10,235 bases of DNA, from assembly GCA_041736175.1 (NCBI GenBank), contig JBGSUI010000181.1, forward strand, positions 1 to 10,235, written 5' to 3'. Below the pieces are notes generated by a model. It saw only the letters and a program-made list of their open reading frames with translations, did not search any database and was not told where the DNA came from. A program made the translations under genes and the position numbers. This DNA comes from Oligoflexales bacterium. Lineage in GTDB: Bacteria; Bdellovibrionota_B; Oligoflexia; Oligoflexales; CAIYRB01. Below, in pieces: positions 6,974-10,235 of this stretch. Each line of letters begins with the position of its first letter. Position 1 is the stretch's first letter.

Positions 6974-7122
6974 GCCCGTATCGGGCTCAACTCGACGGGT
7001 CTTGAGTTGTAAATAAAATATTGTTAATATTAAAGGACCATCCTCGACCCTCTACCCTGGGTTTCACTCCCGTATCAGCCTCGCTCGCAGTTTGATCGAC
7101 CATTCCCCTTTACATTCATAGT

Positions 7123-8136
7123 GTGAGGACCTTAAACATGGCCTGCCTCCACTCCATCACTCAGGTGCGCAAGCTGCTCCAAGCAGCAATCATTCTCTGG
7201 GCTTTAGGGACGCATCCTTCCTTTGGTCAAACCACCAACACGGGGGCTGATTCCTACGCCAATCTAAAGGTAGCGGTGCAGTTTTGGGAGTTGGTCTTCA
7301 GCGGCTTTAACGGTTCATACTGTATCGTCCACGATCGCGACGATCTATCTATGATTTACGTGGCAAAAAAACTCTCGGGTTCAACCCCCCAGGAACAAAA
7401 TTTTAGTAGCCAGAGGTATATCAGAGCCATTGAAAAAGCACTTCTTTCCCTCAGCGCCTCAGAACCTCCAGCCAATCGATTGATGCAGCGTATTATAACC
7501 GTCACACCTCCCCATAAACGCAATCCCCAAAGCTATCGTGCAGCTGCCAATAACCTACGATGCCAAAGGGGAGTCGATTTTCAACCAGCGCTAGCGCGTG
7601 CCCAAAAATATCTCCCGATGATTCAACATCAGTTAAAAATCCGTGGGATGCCTCTGGAAATTGCATACCTCCCGATCTTAGAAAGTGGATACGAAGTCCG
7701 TGCCGTTTCCCATGCCGGTGCCAGGGGCCTCTGGCAACTGATGCCCGGCACTGCCCGAGCCCTAGGCTTAAGGGTGGACCGATATAGCGATCAAAGACTC
7801 GATCCCCAAGCCTCAACCCAAGCTGCATTGCAGTATCTTAAGGGACTCCATAGCAAATTTGGATCTTGGCCCCTCGCTATTACAGCCTACAATTATGGCG
7901 AAAATGGTCTTGCCCGAGCTGTCAGACGATTTGGGCGCAATCTCGACACCATCAGGGAATACCACCAAACTAAAATCTTTGGCTTTGCCGCGAAAAACTA
8001 CTATGCAAGTTTTATAGCTCTCCGAAACGTGGTCAACCGAACCAATCCTCGGCTATCTCCTCAGCCGACCTCTCCACGACCTGGTCCGGCCGTAGCAGCT
8101 TCTAAAGACTTTAAAAGCAAACCACGATCCCTATAG
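7123..8136 (+). CDS. Lytic transglycosylase (SLT domain, MltD-like catalytic region, no LysM repeats)
   Basis: Motif I LPILESGY (catalytic Glu), motif II AGARGLWQLMP, DQRLDP and motif III LAITAYNYGE, then FGFAAKNYYASFIA. Hydrophobic N-terminal signal. The true start may be ATG 7138. Confidence 0.93.
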   Translation: MRTLNMACLHSITQVRKLLQAAIILWALGTHPSFGQTTNTGADSYANLKVAVQFWELVFSGFNGSYCIVHDRDDLSMIYVAKKLSGSTPQEQNFSSQRYIRAIEKALLSLSASEPPANRLMQRIITVTPPHKRNPQSYRAAANNLRCQRGVDFQPALARAQKYLPMIQHQLKIRGMPLEIAYLPILESGYEVRAVSHAGARGLWQLMPGTARALGLRVDRYSDQRLDPQASTQAALQYLKGLHSKFGSWPLAITAYNYGENGLARAVRRFGRNLDTIREYHQTKIFGFAAKNYYASFIALRNVVNRTNPRLSPQPTSPRPGPAVAASKDFKSKPRSL

Positions 8137-8138
8137 TC

Positions 8139-9401
8139 TCAAGCTTTTTCCCACCTGATCAGAATCTCTGGGTCTGGGATCGCCGTCAGCTGGGGCAACA
8201 CCTTAAAGTCCCGCTCCAGTCTGACCGGATGATACTCCGGCAACACCCTCTGCAAAACCCCAAGAGCCTCAGCCATGGCTAAGTGATTGCCAATACAAGT
8301 GCGAGGACCGCCGGCAAAAGGAAAAAAACTGAAGTCATCGGGCTCCCCTTCAGCAAATCGCTCTGGCTTAAAAATCAGTGGATCAGGCCAATACTCGGGA
8401 TCACGATGGACTGCATATTGGGAAACAAAAAAACTCGTATCGGGTTTAAATTCGTAACCTCCATAGTTAAAGGCTTCCTTGTTGTTGCGATTGATCGCCC
8501 AGACAGCAGGGTAGATGCGCATGGACTCCAAAAGACATTGCTGGAGCCTCGACATATCGTTTGCTAACCAGCCTCTCACGGTCGGGTTTTCGGCGAGAAG
8601 TGCGCAGGTATAACTCAAAGTCAAAGCCGTGGTATCATGACCAGCAATCAGAAAAGTCACCAACTCGTCGATGATCTGCTGATGCGGCTGTTGAGTGCTC
8701 AGCAAAACATCAAGGAGGTCAGGGCTACCCGTTGTCTTTTGATGGCGTCGGCTTTCAAGGAGTTCTGTGATGACTTTGATGAGCAGCTGTTTTGCCCGAC
8801 GTAGTCTCAGATTCGCAGGAGTCGGCACCCCAAGGGGTGGTCGCACCAAAGACACAAATCGTCTTCCGATCCATTCTTGGATCGTCTGAAACGCTTTGGA
8901 TAGCTCACGATACTGGGTACGGTCAAGCTGCCCCGAAAAAAAAGCTTCCACTAAGACCGTAAATGTTAGCTCCATCATGGCCGATGTCGTCCGCAGTGGT
9001 TCACCACGATCCACTGAGGTCTTAATGAGCTTTTTTAACTGCTCCGCAGCCCTATCCAAGACCCGGTCGAGGTCAACTAAGGTATTTTTTTGAAAGACAG
9101 GGTTTAGGAGTTTTCTCTGCTGCCGCCAGGAGACACCTTGGTTGGTCACGAGTCCTTCACCAACCACAGACTTAAGAATGTCATAAATCTGACCCTTATA
9201 AAACTGGCGTTCTGTCTGTATAAGGACCTGCTTGACCAGGTTTTTATCGGTGACTAAAACGCCTCGAATCCCTGGCAAAGGAAAGTTGACAATTCTCCCG
9301 TACTGGCGTGCGAGGTCCGTCAGATATTCACAGCCACGAGCCTGAAATTGCGGACCAACTCCAAGCCCTGGCAATCCCCGTGGACCAGGTATTTGTTGCA
9401 A
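8139..9401 (-). CDS. Cytochrome P450
   Basis: I-helix AGHDTT, K-helix ExxR (ESMR), FKPERF and haem-thiolate motif FFPFAGGPRTCIG. TTG start preceded by GGGAG. Confidence 0.96.
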   Translation of the reverse strand: MQQIPGPRGLPGLGVGPQFQARGCEYLTDLARQYGRIVNFPLPGIRGVLVTDKNLVKQVLIQTERQFYKGQIYDILKSVVGEGLVTNQGVSWRQQRKLLNPVFQKNTLVDLDRVLDRAAEQLKKLIKTSVDRGEPLRTTSAMMELTFTVLVEAFFSGQLDRTQYRELSKAFQTIQEWIGRRFVSLVRPPLGVPTPANLRLRRAKQLLIKVITELLESRRHQKTTGSPDLLDVLLSTQQPHQQIIDELVTFLIAGHDTTALTLSYTCALLAENPTVRGWLANDMSRLQQCLLESMRIYPAVWAINRNNKEAFNYGGYEFKPDTSFFVSQYAVHRDPEYWPDPLIFKPERFAEGEPDDFSFFPFAGGPRTCIGNHLAMAEALGVLQRVLPEYHPVRLERDFKVLPQLTAIPDPEILIRWEKA

Positions 9402-9422
9402 AGGATCTACTCCCGCTAGAGG

Positions 9423-9443
9423 TGCGGACGCCTTGCGCCCGCA
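9423..9443. other. GC-rich hairpin between vapC and the P450 gene
   Basis: TGCGG-A-CGC-CTT-GCG-C-CCGCA is an imperfect inverted repeat. There is no U-tract on the minus strand, so it is not a clear terminator for vapBC. Confidence 0.4.
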
Positions 9444-9455
9444 TAGTTTTCGCGA

Positions 9456-9818
9456 TTATAACTTGTAGGGCACCTTGATGTGTGGGGCGTTTTCTCTAAA
9501 ATCCTTGGTATTTCGAGTAATAAGGACGGTATTGCGACTCTGAGCCGTAGCCCAAATGATGCAGTCTAGCAACTTTAGCCGCTCATTCTTCCTAATCTCA
9601 TTCGCCAAATCAGCGATTTCTCTTTTAATTTCAATAACTTCAAATCGCGAAAGCAGTGCTCGGGCTGTCTTTTCATGTTGGGGAGTTGGCGCGCCCGCTA
9701 GGACTTCCATGTGGGTGATGATGCTTATTGCTGGATGTGCGTAAGCCCTTATTTCCATGGTAGCTTGGGGAATCCCTTGTAAACAGTCGATCAGAATACA
9801 GGTGTCAAAGACGCTCAT
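9456..9818 (-). CDS. vapC: PIN-domain ribonuclease toxin of a type II TA system
   Basis: 120 aa with conserved acidic PIN residues: FDTCILID, SIITHMEVLAG, LKLLDCIIWATA, LITRNTKDF. Overlaps the antitoxin stop as ATGA. Confidence 0.95.
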   Translation of the reverse strand: MSVFDTCILIDCLQGIPQATMEIRAYAHPAISIITHMEVLAGAPTPQHEKTARALLSRFEVIEIKREIADLANEIRKNERLKLLDCIIWATAQSRNTVLITRNTKDFRENAPHIKVPYKL

Positions 9819-10033
9819 TCGCGATCCTCGCGAATGTTGCGTTGGAATGCAAGGCCGTCAATGGCTAGGTCTTTCCAAGAGCCGACCGCGCTGTCAAAGT
9901 CTAAAATAGCTTTCTGGTTTGCAAAGCTAATCACCGCCCGGCGTATAGCTTCGGCGCGGGAAATCTTCTCTTTTATACATATAAGATCAATAGCTTGTAC
10001 GTATTCATCTGGGATTTCGACTAGAGTTCGCAT
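9815..10033 (-). CDS. vapB: Ribbon-helix-helix (CopG-like) antitoxin
   Basis: MRTLVEIPDEYVQAIDLICIKEKISRAEAIRRAV is an RHH pattern, and the C-terminus is GSWKDLAIDGLAFQRNIRED. A strong GGGGAGGA RBS precedes ATG 10033, which is preferred over 10072. Directly upstream of vapC. Confidence 0.9.
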   Translation of the reverse strand: MRTLVEIPDEYVQAIDLICIKEKISRAEAIRRAVISFANQKAILDFDSAVGSWKDLAIDGLAFQRNIREDRE

Positions 10034-10095
10034 AACAGTCCTCCCCTTTGTTAGGGTATTACATATCGGCAATATATATCAACTCCTTTAGCGCA

Positions 10096-10132
10096 AATAA
10101 AAACCCCCGGTTTACTTTCGTAATCCGGGGGT
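10096..10132 (-). terminator. Rho-independent terminator downstream of the 5S rRNA
   Basis: On the minus strand: ACCCCCGG-A-TTAC-GAAA-GTAA-A-CCGGGGGT followed by TTTTATTT. Confidence 0.88.
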
Positions 10133-10143
10133 CTTCTATTATA

Positions 10144-10235
<92 letters not shown>

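Noticed and set aside
6810..7010. Short palindromes and a GGCAAA tract as a c-di-GMP riboswitch or sRNA
   Set aside because: The required GGCAAA...GNRA...GACGCAAA architecture is missing, and the region reads as a wHTH coding remnant.
5204..10091. Remaining small track ORFs (5204..5446, 5550..5807, 7502..7828, 7560..7787, 8283..8567, 8896..9093, 9556..9744, 9834..10091)
   Set aside because: They are antisense or out-of-frame overlaps of confidently identified genes.

Overview
A bacterial window, probably Bdellovibrionota/Oligoflexia-like (an inference from the style of the kinase H-box, not established). It lies directly downstream of a 5S rRNA gene and its terminator. Reading the minus strand from right to left: 5S rRNA (partial), terminator, vapBC toxin-antitoxin pair, cytochrome P450, a convergent plus-strand lytic transglycosylase, a broken winged-helix remnant, and a predicted secreted protein with two toxin-like domains (ART/KptA-like plus ParB-like) and no clear intact immunity gene. 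The left end holds a five-gene operon in which every gene overlaps the next: a 57-aa peptide missed by the ORF track, an EamA/DMT exporter, a GNAT + 2OG-Fe(II) oxygenase fusion, an amino-acid-type periplasmic binding protein, and a membrane sensor histidine kinase (also missed by the track, running off the left edge). This 'make, export, bind, sense' operon is the best candidate for an undescribed chemical signalling (quorum-sensing-like) system. All family assignments come from motif recognition by eye; no searches were run.
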